The notes under the pieces were generated by a model, which was not told the DNA's origin, searched no databases, and saw only the letters and a program-made list of their open reading frames with translations. This document shows positions 39,570-54,311 of a stretch of DNA of 64,000 nucleotides, piece after piece. Made by a program: the position numbers and the translations under genes. Source of the stretch: Antedon mediterranea (taxonomy: Eukaryota > Animalia > Echinodermata); the NCBI RefSeq assembly GCF_964355755.1, contig NC_092671.1:36590304-36654303 (forward strand). Direction: 5' to 3'. The first letter of the stretch is position 1; each line of letters begins with the position of its first letter.

Positions 39570-40197
39570 AGCCCCCTTCCCTACGTTTTTTAGATCTAAT
39601 TTAAGATCACAAACTATATTTAATGTAAAAATAATACTATATGGTCCTATTGCGATAATTTTTTTCGTCTTTAAACGGTTAAAAATGTGAAAAATAAGTC
39701 GATTCTAATAATTATAGCGGCCCGCTATAAATCCCAAAATGCATTGCGCGCGGATTGATATTTTTGTTTTTCACCTGTAATTCGCCCACTTTTTCCATCG
39801 ATCGTGAGGCCAAAACAAATGGAAGACTCCTAACTTTTCAGCGAAAATACCGGGTTTTCCCCAATTTGTATCAACGGAGTCTGCCAAAAATAGAAAGACA
39901 ATTAATGCAGCAACTATACAACGTCAGGCTAGGTATATAGCTAGCGTACGATGTTCGTACATTACCGATGTTTACCAGCTAGGCCTACAAAACTAAGCCT
40001 AGCTAGGCTAGGCCTAAGACCGTCCACAAGAGGTCGATCGCCGCGAGCTACTTAGGTAGTGCATTATTTCTCACTTTTTATCATAATTTACCATAAAACG
40101 TACATTTAAGACAAGGAATGACATGGTTTAATGTTTTTAAAGTGATATATATGTATTATTTTCCAAAAAAACGTCCAAAATTGCAGGGAAGGGGTCT
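39570..40197. mobile_element. Non-autonomous Kolobok-type DNA transposon (628 bp)
   Basis: TTAA|AGCCCCCTTCCCTAC...GCAGGGAAGGGGTCT|TTAA. Confidence 0.8.
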
Positions 40198-41633
40198 TTA
40201 AGTACTATAATGGGTGTCACCAGAATAGTAGCCTGTAGGTTTAAAAATTACTGTACTCCCTATTTTTGTTTCAAAGGAAATTATTGCGTTGAAAGAGGTG
40301 TCCCAAGGTGGGGAGTGGGGAGGGGGGAGGTGTGTGTCTCTATTTACAGTAAGGCTGATTTTTTAAACTGTTTTTGTACAGTATTAAGATAACTTTTATA
40401 CAGTAGTAGTAGTAGTACTACAGTACTGTAAGTACTACTGTATACTTAATAGGCAAATTACATTTTAGGTCACATTTTTAGTAAGTCACATGGAAACGCA
40501 ACTCTACAGCTCACTATCTCAGTCGGTTGGTAAACACTAACTCAAATTTGCGCACGCGACTGCAGCCATGTATATGGCCTTGTTAAATGTATAAATATAC
40601 AAATATTTCTGTTTTTTAAATAATGAATCTTGTTAATGAAAATGTAACCTTGAATTTCTGTTTACTCATGTGTAACAAGTGGTAGTAGTAGCAATTGTAC
40701 TGTTATTTTAGATGCGTTTTTGTTTCCATGTCATTGTGTTCAAATCTATTGTAGTCTAGACAAAAATAATTAGAAATTTTATATCTAAATTGAATGTATA
40801 AATATTTGATTATTCATTTAGACAAAACATATAGGAAAATTGTGGCCAGTACATTTAAACAAAGAACTATATTTGAACTACTGTAGTCACTTTGACGAGC
40901 ATTTAACTGTTTAATTATTACTGTACTGTATGTCTCCTTGTTTAAATCAGTTTAGTTTTTATTGAGTAGTGAAAAAAGGTATCAGTGTGCATGTAAGGTA
41001 TGTAGATCAACCAACTCACAGAAATCTACTGTACATCTACTGTACAGTGTGGTCCTGAGATACAGTACTGTAAGCCTACTATGTCCCAAAGCTTCAATTT
41101 CAAGTTTTAAAGGGGATGGGCTTCATTTTATGTATAATGCTGCTGCTGATACTGATTATAGCATACAGTCAGTATTAGTATTTTTAATGAATAAAATTTG
41201 AAAAAAATGTGTGACCCAAGGCTTAGTTTCGGTGTATCACAAGAAGTCGGTGTTTACGCATTCAATTCAACAAGGTTTCCTAATGAGTGATGTAGTTTTG
41301 CTATCGGCATATATAACACAGTATATTTCCTGTATAAACCTATTAAAAATCACTAGATTATTTATTAATGCCTTGGATATTCAAATACTAAATCTAATGG
41401 CATGTTTTATAGTATAATGTACAGTAAGTTTATTCTACTAGTTTTAAGGAATTTATTTATACTTTTCATATAATAGTGGTGTGTCTCTTGAATAAAGGTC
41501 TTGAATAAATATTGCCCATATGCAGTACTGTAGTGTTAACATATATATTGTCCCACGTTCAGGTACTGTAGGGATGTTGAGCCTAAATTGGTGTCCCAAA
41601 CAAGAGGTTCTGCTGACATAACAGTATTTGTTA

Positions 41634-41786
41634 AGCTCTGTCTACACTATCAAACTTTATGTGACAAAAAAACATGATGTGTCCAATATGGATGACGATG
41701 TCATATTACTACCATATTTAAGCATATCACTACCATATTTGTGTACAATCATCACACTTGTTGTCACATAAAGTTTGATAGTGTAC
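41634..41786. mobile_element. Harbinger/Tourist-like MITE, right end eroded
   Basis: AGCTCTGTCTACACTATCAAACT left TIR, AGTTTGATAGTGTA right. Confidence 0.7.
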
Positions 41787-43904
41787 TGTAATGTGTTCGT
41801 TGACTTGATAGAGCTTGTCTTTTAAATAAGTGATGTTGATGCTTAAACGTAGGTGGTCCCATTGAATTGTAATGAGGGGATTTGATATGGTAATCCAAAC
41901 TAAATAAGCCCTTTACAGTTTCACACAATTTATACCAACATTTAAAATAGTATCATACTGTTCTAAACAGTTACAAGAAAGGTTATTAAATTAGAGGTAC
42001 TTATTCTGAAAGATTACAATAGCCTTGCAAAGGATAGAAGATTCCTCTTTTAGAGTGTAGTGTTCTTAATCTGGATTAAATCGACAGTGGTGTCATGATT
42101 TTTAACTCAACATTTATTTATCAAATAATAGAATAGAAGTGGCAAATTTGTTAGATTGTTCGTTATGATGTAGAATTCTAAAGAATTGGCCTTGGTAAGA
42201 ATAACAGCCAGTTGTTCAGTTATTGTCAACATTTGTACATTTTCTGTATAAAAATAACTGTTTTTATGTAAAAGTACTGTATAACTGAATGAATGCTCAT
42301 CTTTAATCTGTAATGATAATAATACATATAATTAATATTTATTTATAATATTTTACGCATTCAAATTTATTACTTGTATACTGGTAGTAGCTAGTTTTTG
42401 AAGTACAGAAGTAGTCCTACAGTACTGCTGACCGATAAAGTTACTGATATGCACTACAGTGTAGCTAGGTTAAAAACTTGGAGGAACGGGAGAGAGATAT
42501 ACTGATAATTCAGCACCTCTATTTAAACGTCAACTTAAAACTTTTCTTTTTAATTAATAATAATAATGCTAGTATTGTTAAACTCTCTGTACTTTGTAGG
42601 GCGCCATACACAAATTTGAATAGAATACAGTAAAATGAACTGAAGTAAAGTAATAATACAATCGTGACCAGGCATGTACAGTACATGGTCGAATTTTACG
42701 TTATGAAACAAAATGATTACGTTGGTACGTTCCCACATGAGGGCGTGGTTGCGGACTGGTCCATTATAATACAGGGGTGTTCTAGGAACTTTTCACTTTC
42801 GTATCTAGAGCACGGGCTATTGTCGGTTTATACAGGTAAGCTAGCACTCATAGATTACTAACACCACTACTGGTTTGTGTAGTTAAATTTAATGATAAAG
42901 TTTGAATTTGATTAAGAAATGTAGCTTTGTACAATACAGTTAAGCTACTGTACTGTAACTGTACAACAATTTTGTTTGTACAGTACAGTATACTGTATAA
43001 GTTACAGTACTTCAACTACAGTGCTGTACTAGTATTACAATATGCAAAAAAAAGTCCGTAACAGATTAGGTGCATACTATATTAGTTTATACAGTACAGT
43101 ATTTGATAATTATTAATATACAGACAGATTCCAATTGTCTTTTGGGGTAAATAGGTCCTGTAGAGGATGTAATAAAAGATTAAACTAATTGCATTTATGC
43201 AGAACAAACAATGTTGTGAAAATATTTGACTGGTAAAACTACCTGTAATACTTGAACTTTGAATGTTGTCTATTACTCTATCAGGTAAAGACAGGTAAGG
43301 ACGACAAGTATTTACTTATGATAGATATTGATTGATTGACAGGCAGTTGGCATTATCTTTTGCCAATTAAAACCACATTGTGAACCTCTGTTTAAAGGCT
43401 ATAAATTATTTATCGGTAGGTTTTATTTTATATACATTAGTGGAAAGTCTGAACTGAAGTGTTTAACATTGTGAATGCAATGGAAATACTCAGTAGTACT
43501 TTAATTGTCTCTGTGTCTTAGTGTAGACAGAGCTTTACAATGAAAACAAAGACACCGAGACAATTAAAGTACTACTGAGTGATGTACCCATATTATATGG
43601 ACATGGTGATGATGTCATATCACTATCATCTTTGGGCATGTTTTTTGTCATGATAGTGTAGACAGAGCTTTAGAAATAGCAAAAACAACGAAATATTAAA
43701 ATGTAACAAGATACAAACAGAAGACCACACAATGGCCGCCAACTGAATTTGGTAGTTTTAGCAAGGAAAGTTATTGTTTGCCTGTTAAAGCATTCTTTAA
43801 CATCTGATCTATTTTCAGCAATGCCTAGAGGCTTTAGACAGCTTGAAATTCTTGAATTTGTAGGATGTAGGAGAGCAGGTCAAGCACAACTGGACTTTAT
43901 AGTG

Positions 43905-44330
43905 TCACATTATTTAAGCCCCTGTTCACATTGTACTGTCAGTGTGCCACAGAGAGGGTAGTACATTTACTTAAGCCCTATTCACATTGTACTGCCAGTG
44001 CCATAGAGAAGGGTAGCACATTTTAGCACCTGTTCACATTGTACTGCCAGTGGCACAGAGAGGGTACATATATCTAGGCTCCTGTTCACATTAAACTGCC
44101 AGTGCCACAGAAAGGGAAGCACATTTATTTAGGCTCCTGTTCACATTGAACTGCCAGTGCCACAGAAAGGGAAGCACATTTATTTAGGCCCCTGTTCACA
44201 TTGTACTGCCAGTGCCACAGAGAGGGTAGCACATCTATTTAGGCCCCTGTTCACATTGTACTGCCAGTGCCACAGAGACAGTAGCACATTTATTTAGGCC
44301 CCTATTCACATTGTTCTACCAGTGCCACAG
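43905..44330. repeat. ~55-bp minisatellite, ~8 copies
   Basis: CT(G/A)TTCACATT...CCAGTGCCACAG at 43922, 43978, 44030, 44082, 44137, 44192, 44247, 44302. Confidence 0.92.
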
Positions 44331-44684
44331 AAGACAACAGTGTGAAGAAATAACAATTTGGAGAAAGATTAGCATAACTATTGTGAAATCAAAGTGTATA
44401 GATTAGCAGTCCAAAGAACCAGAAAATGATGAAAACAGAGAAAATTAATGAATTTATGTTTCAAATTATGAGATGAAATAAAATTTTAATTTCACTGTTT
44501 TAATAACCACACCTTGATTTGGCCTTGTCCTTGTGTTTCATTACTCTCATTACAGTAATTAATTAATTAAAAGTAACATGTGTCTAGCCTACACCATCAA
44601 GGACAATGCAACCAACTTATAAATAAATGTACCAAATTTATGTATTTACCATACTATTTATTCCCCTTAAAGATATCTATTTAA

Positions 44685-44890
44685 AGATGTTGTTCCCCAA
44701 AATGAAAAATGAAGATTAATAAAGTCAGACTTAAAATAGGCCATTTTGCATTTATAATAAAGTTATTCACTTCTGTAACAAAAAAAATTATTTCACGTAT
44801 TATAAAAAGCAGTTAATTTTGGTCAAAATGAATAACTATTATGTGACATTAAAATATAAAAAGAAAAGGGGGACAATACTATATATATCT
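44685..44890. mobile_element. Old Kolobok-type MITE (related remnant ~46385-46645)
   Basis: TTAA|AGATGTTGTTCCCC...GGGGACAATA..ATCT|TTAA. Confidence 0.5.
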
Positions 44891-47181
44891 TTAATTTTAT
44901 TTTTAGATCTTACATTTCAAAACAGTTATTAAATAAATTAAAGAAGACAGACAATTATTGGGTAACAGAAATTGTACAGTTGGCTGTATGCGCAAAATAT
45001 TTGATAACAAGAATAAAATTTGATTACCATCTAAAGTATTTAGTAGAACAGATTGTTACTGGACTATCATGATTGAATCTAGAAATTGAATCTAACCTAT
45101 AGTAATTTTGCTTGAAAATTGGTTACACCACTCCATACTATGCACAACTGATTCTCAAAAATTTATCTAGCTTTTTATTGCTACACTATGATCAAATGTA
45201 TATACTGTAGGTTGATAATTTGTCGTAGAATTCACAATGCAAATTCTACTGAAAATCAAGTCCTTCAATCAACTGTAAACCTGTTAATTACAAAACGTAA
45301 AAGCAAGCAGAATAAAGCATGCTTCGTGGACATTTCTAAATTGAGAATAATATGATGTGATGGTGTATTGTTAAAGGTGGCAAAGTGGAAGAATTCCTTC
45401 TGGCTATCTTTTGTTCATGATCCATTTATTAAGTAATGTCGAGAGATTTGCTTGTTTTTATAATTTATTCTGAATGTATTCGTAAAGACAACTTTGCTTC
45501 TTGATTTTTGCCGGTAAGCTTGTCATTCCGTTTGACAAGCCGCTTAACTACAATATGTATTGTAATGCCGCTTTTCGAATATAAAAACATTTCTTTCATT
45601 AATGAAATTCAGATTTTGATACCTGTTTTACAGTACTGTACAAATGATTTTGTTTGTTAAAATGTCCCAAAATACTGAAATAAATAATAGATTACTGTCA
45701 CTGCTTGAATAATAATAAACGAAAGATTTAAATCACTATCGAATGAGTGCCACTGATAATTAAGCGCCGCAGTTAAATAAGCACCAAAATATTAAGTACG
45801 TTATCAAAGAAGACCTGTTGTGGATTATTGTTATTATCATTCCAGTATAATCACAATCACATCTAAATTATCATTGTCATCGTCGTTATTAATTTTCTCG
45901 TCTATTTTTTTCTACTGTATGTCAAGCCTTAGTATGTAAAGGTCTTTCTACACTATCAAAGTTTATGTGACAAAAAAATGTGATGTTGTACCCATATCAC
46001 TACCATATTTGGGAATATCACGTCCATATTTGGGCACAATAAACTACTTTTGTCAAACTAATTTGATTGAGTGTGGACAGAGCATTAGTGTCTGTTATCA
46101 GTGATAGATCTTCAACGATCAATATTCTGTAGACTTGCTTAAAATAACTTTATGACAAGACATAATTTTGTAATATTCATATTTCATAATGATGTATGTA
46201 CACTGAGTGATAGCAATGTTATCATCATCTCTTTCACCTTGATTAATTATGGGTGTTGCACTGAATTAGTCATCCAAGTTGATCATCAGTGAATAACATA
46301 TTATGGAAATGCATGATGTCTGTTGATGTAAAATAGTTTAAGGTGATTTATGATAAATAAAGCTTTATAAAATCACGATTTTTAATAGGCCATTTTGCAG
46401 TTTCGATGAAGTTATTCATATAAGAAATAATTATTCCACTTATAAAAAGACAAAATAAACAGTTAAATTTACCTAAAAACCCATTGTCTTACAGACAATT
46501 TTACAATTCTTTGCTTTAAATTACAGTTTTTCAGGTAAATAATTCTTTTGCATATCTAATTTTTGGTCAAATAATGTGACATTAAAATGGCGTATTCAAC
46601 AAACGATTTTCAAAAATTATTTTTCAGAGAGACAATATATCTTTAATTAAGGTATATGTATGAAACATTAACCAGGATTAAATGGATTATACCAGGATTA
46701 AATGGATTATACCAGGATTAACTTGACAGTAGTTTGAGTATAAATTGTAAAAATTATATACCTGTAGGTTAAAAAAAATAGTAAATATTAAAACTAATTA
46801 AGTACTATTAAACTAACAATAAATTAAACAATTAAAAAGTATGGCTTTATGTAAAGTATGCATATGTTCCTAATATCAGATCTTTACATTAATTGTTTTA
46901 ATTAACTACAGTATAGTAGGTTATTAAAACAATTTTTAGCATAGATATGATTTATATACCACATGTGTTTCCACTAAGTGTTACTGTACATAATTGGTGT
47001 AAAGCAGAAATACTTTATAACATGGAGGAATTTCAACCAATATTTTCTAATAAAATTTTATTTATTTAGCAAAGTGAACTGAAACATGTTATGGACAGAT
47101 GAGATAGTATTAAAGTAGATATTCTTTCTCTTCCAGTTGAGTAAGGCCTATTATTTCTGTCCTCCACATTTCCCAGTCTTA

Positions 47182-47886
47182 GGGCCTGTTCGTAGGGGTT
47201 GAAAATACCAGCTTATTCCCGATTTCCGTTCGCATGATCCAATTAACTTTTGCCTCAGGCTACAAAAAATTCGAGGCAAAATGTTCACCAAATTTGCAGG
47301 TTATTTCAGCGATAATCCAATTATACTCGGCCTTCGAGGATTAATAAATCTCCGATAGAGGCATTGTGTCAAATTTTGACAAACGTTCGCTGCCTAGGCC
47401 CGTCATTTCTCCTACGAAGCTCTCCCATACACGCTTCGAGAGCAATCATCAGCTGGTGCTGTCCTTGTTGGTGTAGACCGCTTAGTAGTAGGCCTAGCTG
47501 TTCGGTGGTGTTTCCGTCGTGTAACATTGGGCTCAAATTCTTCATCAATGAGTACAATAATGGTTGTCAGGAGAAGGCATATTTCGGCAAGATTATCGGC
47601 GTTAAGAGGCATAAGGTTTGTCGCAAGGATAAGCAGTGTAAAAGGTAGCAAGTAATTGTTATTGTAAAGAAAGATCGCGAGTAAAAAATATACAACACGA
47701 AACTAGCGTGCGAAAATGGGGTCGTAGGTTGTAAAGACAACTGACCTTAAAACGTAATTTCCGGTTTGTGATTCGTCGATTAAGCATTTAAGCGGTTAAA
47801 TATTTCAAGTACGAACAACACTCAATTTATAACCCGAGGCATGGGTGAAATTAAGCGCTTATTTTAACCACCGTACGAATACAACC
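47182..47886 (-). mobile_element. Internally deleted PIF/Harbinger element
   Basis: TTA TSD, imperfect TIR GGGCCTGTTCGTAG versus GGTTGTATTCGTAC, CpG-rich interior with minus-strand ORF remnant 47412-47651. Confidence 0.6.
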
Positions 47887-47946
47887 TTAGGCTGAAGTCG
47901 CTGCCCATGTCCTGTACCTTAACTTGTTCCTTTTCCACAGGTCTTA

Positions 47947-48088
47947 AGCTCTGTCTACACTATCAAACTAGTTTGACAAAAAAGTGTGATGTGAGTGTCC
48001 AAATATGGCTGTGATATTATATCATCATGTCCATATATGGGCACATCACATTCTTTTTCACATAAAGTTTGATAGTGTAGACAGAGCT
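47947..48088. mobile_element. Harbinger/Tourist-like MITE
   Basis: TTA|AGCTCTGTCTACACTATCAAACT...AGTTTGATAGTGTAGACAGAGCT|TTA; degraded relatives at ~33715-33940, 43520-43670, 45940-46085, 62140-62285. Confidence 0.85.
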
Positions 48089-48613
48089 TTATAGTTGTCT
48101 GTTGGTCCCTCTTGCAGGTGGCCTTGGAAGTGCTACAGTACTCTGGGTATATCATCCCGTCTAGTTTTTATTTTCATCATAAAAAGTAGATTATTATTAT
48201 TATTATAGTTAAGTTAATATTCAAACCAGTAAAACTAAAAAGGTTTAAAAAGTATAACTCATCCATTTAATGTTAGTAATTTGTAAAATATTTTTCTTAT
48301 AAATTATGTATTTCAAAATTGCAATTAATAATTTTAATCAATATTCTAGTGTTTTCCATGTTGGGTAGCAGACTTTATTAATAGCTGATAAGCACATTGT
48401 CACACTTAACTGTAAATCCACTCACTTCATATCTGCTGCGCACATGCTGTTTATTCCTAAGTCTTTTGTAGTGCTTTACTCTATGTGTTGCTAGTGTTCA
48501 GGTTTTTCAAATTGTTTGTTGGATTTATCCACACTGCAGGTTCTTGGAGCTTGTTCCATTTTCAGCAGAAAACATTGATTAAAAATAAAATCTATTTTGG
48601 AAAGTTTCTTTAA

Positions 48614-48774
48614 AGCTCTGTCTACACTATCAAACTTGTTTGACAAAATAAATGTGATGTACCCAAATATGGTAGTGATATGCCCAAATATGGTGATGCT
48701 ATGATGTCATCGTGTCCACATATGGGCATATCATATTTTGTTGTCACATAAAGTTTGATAGTGTATACAGAGCT
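48614..48774. mobile_element. Harbinger/Tourist-like MITE, same family
   Basis: Same 23-bp TIRs, TAA/TTA flanks. Confidence 0.85.
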
Positions 48775-49612
48775 TTAGGTCAGTAGTAGTGCCTTCTGGA
48801 TAGGTACAGTAGGGTTGGAAGAAACAAGTTACTGTAAGTCTATTTACAGCATTTCGGCTTTTAACAATACCAAGTCATCATTATTCAGGAAAAATATGGG
48901 GGCACTATGGCTACACACTTAATTCCTTAGAAACTCTTTATTCTACAAAATCTGTCAACAGTCAAGTAAATATGCAGATTATTATAAAAAAATTACCAAT
49001 ACTATATTCTTTTTTTTTTAAACAAAATGAAGAAAACACTTTGGAATGAAGTTATTTGATATCCAGACACAGAAATTATTTATTGGTTAAATTTCAATTC
49101 AAAATGGCTCTCAACATAATCATAAGTTAAATCATCATTTTTATTTCTGCTTACATTTAACCTTGTTGCTAAGTAACCCACATTGAACTGTGCTCTGGGC
49201 ATAATGTTACTCTATGTAACATTATAGTCAATTTATAAAGTCTCTTATGATTTATAATAATGTCATTTTACATTTCATTGCAATATATTAAAACATTATG
49301 GTACTGATGATACCTTGTCAAAATGCTATTAATACCTTAATATGAATCAATGCGTTTATGCTATACTGTACAATAATACATTCTTCAATACTTCTGTACA
49401 AATGAGTACAGAATACACTGGAAAATGTTTATATCACAACAACACAATTTCTTTTGCTAAACTACTGTACCAAATTGTTCCCACCAAAAGTGCATTATTG
49501 GCAGCATTAATAAAGTACTACCACTATACAGTACTTCAATATGACCACATTATTTATATCAACATCCCTATCCTTGTACTACTGTATATACAGTAGACTA
49601 ATACTAAAGATA

Positions 49613-51197
49613 GTGGACCACTACTAATACAGTACGTTATTTGGACCACTACCAATACATTATTTGTACCACTACCAATACATTATTTAGACCACTACCA
49701 ATACATTATTTGCACCACTACCAATACATTATTTGCACCACTACCAATACATTATTTGCACCACTACCAATACACTATTTGCACCACTACCAATACATTA
49801 TTTGGACCACTACAAATACATTATTTGGACCACTACCAATACATTATTTGTACCACTACGAATACATTATTTAGACCACTACCAATACATTATTTGGACC
49901 ACTACCAATACATTATTTGGACCACTACCAATACATTATTTGGATCACTATGAATACATTATTTGGACCACTACCAACAGTATTTGGACCACTACCAATA
50001 CATTATTTGAACTACTACCAATACATTATTTGGACTACTACCAATACATTATTTGGACCACTGCAAACAAATATTTGGACCACTACCAACATTATTTGGA
50101 CCAGTACATAATTTGTACCACTACCAATACATTATTTGGATGACTATGAATACATGTTATAATTGTAGACCAACCCATTATTACATACCAACACTACCAA
50201 ATTATTTGTACCAATCAATTTGTACCAACACTACCAAATTATCTGTACCAACCCATTATTTGTACCAACACTACCAAATTATCTGTATCAACACAACACC
50301 AAAACATTATTTGTACCAACACTACCAAATTATCTGTACCAACACCAACCAATTATTTGTACCAACATTACCAAATTATCTGTACCAACAACAACACATT
50401 ATTTGTACCAACATTACCCAAATTATCTGTACCAACACCAACACATTATTTGTACCAACACATTATTTGTACCAACACTACCAAATTTTCTGTACCAACA
50501 TTACCAGATTATCTGTACCAACACCAACACATTATTTGTACCAACACTACCAAATTTTATGTACCAACATTACCAAATTATCTGTACCAACACCAACACA
50601 TTATTTGTACCAACATTACCAAATTATCTGCACCAACACCAACACATTATCTGAACCAACGCTACCAAATTTTCTGTACCAACATTACCAGATTATCTGT
50701 ACCAACACCAACAGTTGGAGTGGAGCTGTGGCTACTTGGTGGTTATGATGCTTGGCTACCAATCTAAGGGTCCTGGGTTCACGTCCTGTCATATGTCAGG
50801 GTTTTTTTCTCATGACAATTTACAACTCCACTCCCAAAGACTTAATAATAAGTCTTTGTTTATGTAGAGCATCTTGTATATGTTTGTCTTGTGAAATTAT
50901 TAAATAGTTTATCCATCCTGTAATTGGCGGGTTACTTGCTGTTGGATGAGTATGAAAAAATAAAAAATAAAAATAAAAATAAAATAAATAAAAAATAAAA
51001 ACACATTATTTGTACCAACACTACCAAATTTTATGTACCAAAATTTTATTACCAAATTATCTGTACCAACACCAACACATTATTTGTACCAACATTACCA
51101 AATTATCTGCACCAACACCAACACATTATTTGTACCAACACTACCCAATTACCTGTACCGACACCAAAACATTATTTGTACCAACATTACCAACACC
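49613..51197. repeat. 23-bp minisatellite in two sequence phases, interrupted by a SINE
   Basis: TTATTTGGACCACTACCAATACA repeats (to ~50155), then alternating TTATTTGTACCAACACTACCAAA / TTATCTGTACCAACACCAACACA. Confidence 0.93.
50714..51000 (+). mobile_element. Full-length tRNA-derived SINE inserted in the minisatellite
   Basis: Highly similar to 36643-36903; (TAAAA)n tail; repeat register resumes after it. Confidence 0.88.
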
Positions 51198-53271
51198 ATT
51201 GTCATCATTGTTTATGAAACATCATTTGATACTGTACAGTAGCTTGTTAGTTAATGCATTTGCAGCCACTCTATTCCAGCATATTTGTTACCATACTAAT
51301 AGTCTGATTCAAAATGAACTCCTCTAAATTGACCTGTATTTTCTATTCGCTTTTATTCAACTTTATTATCATTACAGATTAATCAATAAAGGTATGTATC
51401 TCCATGCCTATTAAGTTAAAAATGATTTAAAATTCATACTTTCCTAAAATTGCAATTTAGATTTATTAAATTTGCTAACAATTTCTGAACATTTTTGAAT
51501 AAATGTGAAGAAACATGACCTTGTAGATGTAATGATTTTTTAAAAGAAACATTTAAGAAACAGAAAATAATAAACCTCTTTAGGAATGTCAAATGTACTT
51601 AAGTATTTTATTTATCACTTGAAAAAAATGATTATTGACTGCTAAGGTACAGTATGTTGAACCACCTAGCAAGCTATCAACCTCAGCAGCCAGCTATCGT
51701 GCTCATTAGTAGGCAGAACATAGCCTTTACTCCACAGGGCCTACGGCCTGAAATAATGTTTTTATACCGTAAAACTCAACGAGTTTGTTGCATTAAGGTT
51801 TAAATATCAATCAGACTGTTTGTGTTTTGCATGTTGGAAATAACGACAATGTTATTAGTGGTTATAGCCAAGTAGTTCTGCATTGAGTAGGTTGTGCTTG
51901 TGTAGAATCTAAATGTTTTTATAAGGTTCATTTACCTTACAGATGCATATCATATTAATAATGAGGAATTTAATTTGCATGGAAAATCTACCAATATAGA
52001 ATTAATAATATCTGTACCATACAATCATGGTTGACCGATCTACCTGGCCGGAACAGGTTGATTTCAAGCATCGGTAATTTTTATTAGTTATTTTATCAAC
52101 GTGATTATTTCAATATGATATTTGATGACATAAATTGCCTCAAAGCACATTTTAAAATTAAGATTGAATGTACGATAGGAGTATTGTCATTTTAGATTTA
52201 TTCAGAATTTTAAAGGGAAAATTAAATTGTTATAATGATATTTGCAATCGGTAGATTTCCTTCAATAGTTCAGTTTGAATTTCTATATCGTTAGATGTTT
52301 TAATGTTATCATAAAGGTTATATTTCATTTAATGTGCGAAGTGTATGAAAATCAATGCACGGATATACCTTTAAGCAATGCTTAAAAACTAGCACGTTGC
52401 GTGAAGTACAGGGTAACGTGAGAACGCAACGAAAGAAAGATTGTACGGAAGTAGTTTACTTATGTTTTGAAAGCGATACTAGCTTGGAGGTACATGTTAA
52501 TTTTCTACATGATAGTTTTAGGAAAATGATGTGAAATTCAAAATAAAAATATTAAAAGTGAATACATTTTCTTCTGGCATCCATTAGTATATTGATATGA
52601 TAGTTCATAGAGTGCCGTGTACATTGCGATGTTTCCCGTTAACTTGTGAGTGGTGGGTGTTTTAAATCTTTCGAGTATACACACATACAGTATATATTTT
52701 ATATTTTATTTTTTTATATAACATTACCTGTAAGTGGAAAAATTGTTCCTGTTTGAATGTTTAAAAAAAAAAATAAAATAAATGAAATAAACCAGTATAA
52801 CTTTTATTTTATTTTACCATCATATCAAAAACATTAAACATTTCTCTATGGAAAAACATCACATACTGTACCTAAAGATTATTTTATGTGTTTTACCCGA
52901 GTTAAGTTACAGTAGGTGATGCTCAGTATTAATACAGTACAGCAGAACCTCCAAAGGAATACAGTATACTGTTTTATGAGGTTTATATTTTGTACGATGG
53001 CCTTGATTATTGAATAAATTTACATTCAATATTATTTTTATAAATAACAAATGTGACTCATTTATGTGAATAGATTATAAAATGAATTATACATCTTTGA
53101 TGTTCTAGCATTGGTATTTTGTCAATTGTCCAATTGGTACTGTTATTATCACTGTACCAATAAAATAATATTTGTCTAACAGTCGAGGAAAGCAGATGTT
53201 TTATCTTCTGTTTGTTTCATTAAACTGTAATGATAAAATGTTATGGAGTTATTAATGAGAAACATAAAATG

Positions 53272-53525
53272 AATATGGAGTTGTTTATTATTAGAGAGAC
53301 ATGCTTTTATATGCTTTTATTTAAAATTATTATGCTAATTTTTAAAAATAATCAATTTAAAAATATCAATGTATGATCTTTATCTACCTGTACCGCTCCC
53401 CCTCATTTCATCCACACCCAAAACAAATATGGAGTTGTTTATTACTATAGAGACATACTTTCATATGGTTTTATTTAAAGCTAATTTGTAAAAATAATCA
53501 ATTTAAAAAAATCAAAGTATGATCC
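53272..53525. repeat. Imperfect ~155-bp tandem duplication followed by CCTCATCTCATT low-complexity repeats
   Basis: AATATGGAGTTGTTTATTA at 53272 and 53426. Confidence 0.7.
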
Positions 53526-54311
53526 TCATCTTCTCCCCCTCATCTCATCCTTCCTCATCTCATTCCCCTCATCTCATTCCCCTCATTTCATCCACCTCAT
53601 TTCATCCCTGCTAATCCCCCCCCCCCCCCCCCTTATCCTCCAATGCTACTGTAGTAAATAAACTATGTTAATTTTATAAACTATAAATAGAATGTACTAA
53701 ATGCTGCTTTAAAGGCTCAGTTTTTAAGTAATTTTTTTCATGAAATTCAGGTGCTTAATCACCAGTTGATGCAAGTTAATAAATAATTCTGACGTTTTTA
53801 GCAGGTAATTGAGAAGATGGAATTATATTCTCTACACTAAAAGTTTTAAATGAACATCATTACATTCAATTTAATGCTATATGGCAACATTAATATGTTC
53901 TGAATGTGTCATGTGATGTAATTTAAATAGGTCACATATTAGATACAGTTTGTTATGTGAATTTACATATAGAACTTCTACTGAATGCCCATCAACGTTT
54001 TACTGTCTTTTTTGTGATCTTAAAACTACATTATTAGCATTATATGTATTTATTTTATGTGCATTTTATTTTTATGGACCATATGTGAACCGATCTGAAT
54101 TCAATACATTCGTTTTTCTCTTTGTCCGTAGCACATTTCTGCTGGTTTATGGGCATGATTTATTTTATATTGGTTAGTTTCACTGAGCCACAACGTCAGT
54201 CAATGTATTGTACTTTCTTATGGATAGATATTAAATAAAATGTATTAGGAAACAGTTTGTTACAGAAGTACTCTTCACCAATTCATTTTTTGTCTATTTA
54301 ATTTTTCTTAG

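Noticed and set aside
43905-44330. Regularly spaced repeats resembling a CRISPR array (also 26140-26340 and 36930-37180)
   Set aside because: Repeats are contiguous without unique spacers, the context is eukaryotic, and no cas genes are present
49641-51327. Many overlapping His/Tyr/Gln/Thr-rich ORFs (up to 231 aa)
   Set aside because: Translations of a stop-poor 23-bp minisatellite in several frames; no splice or coding signal
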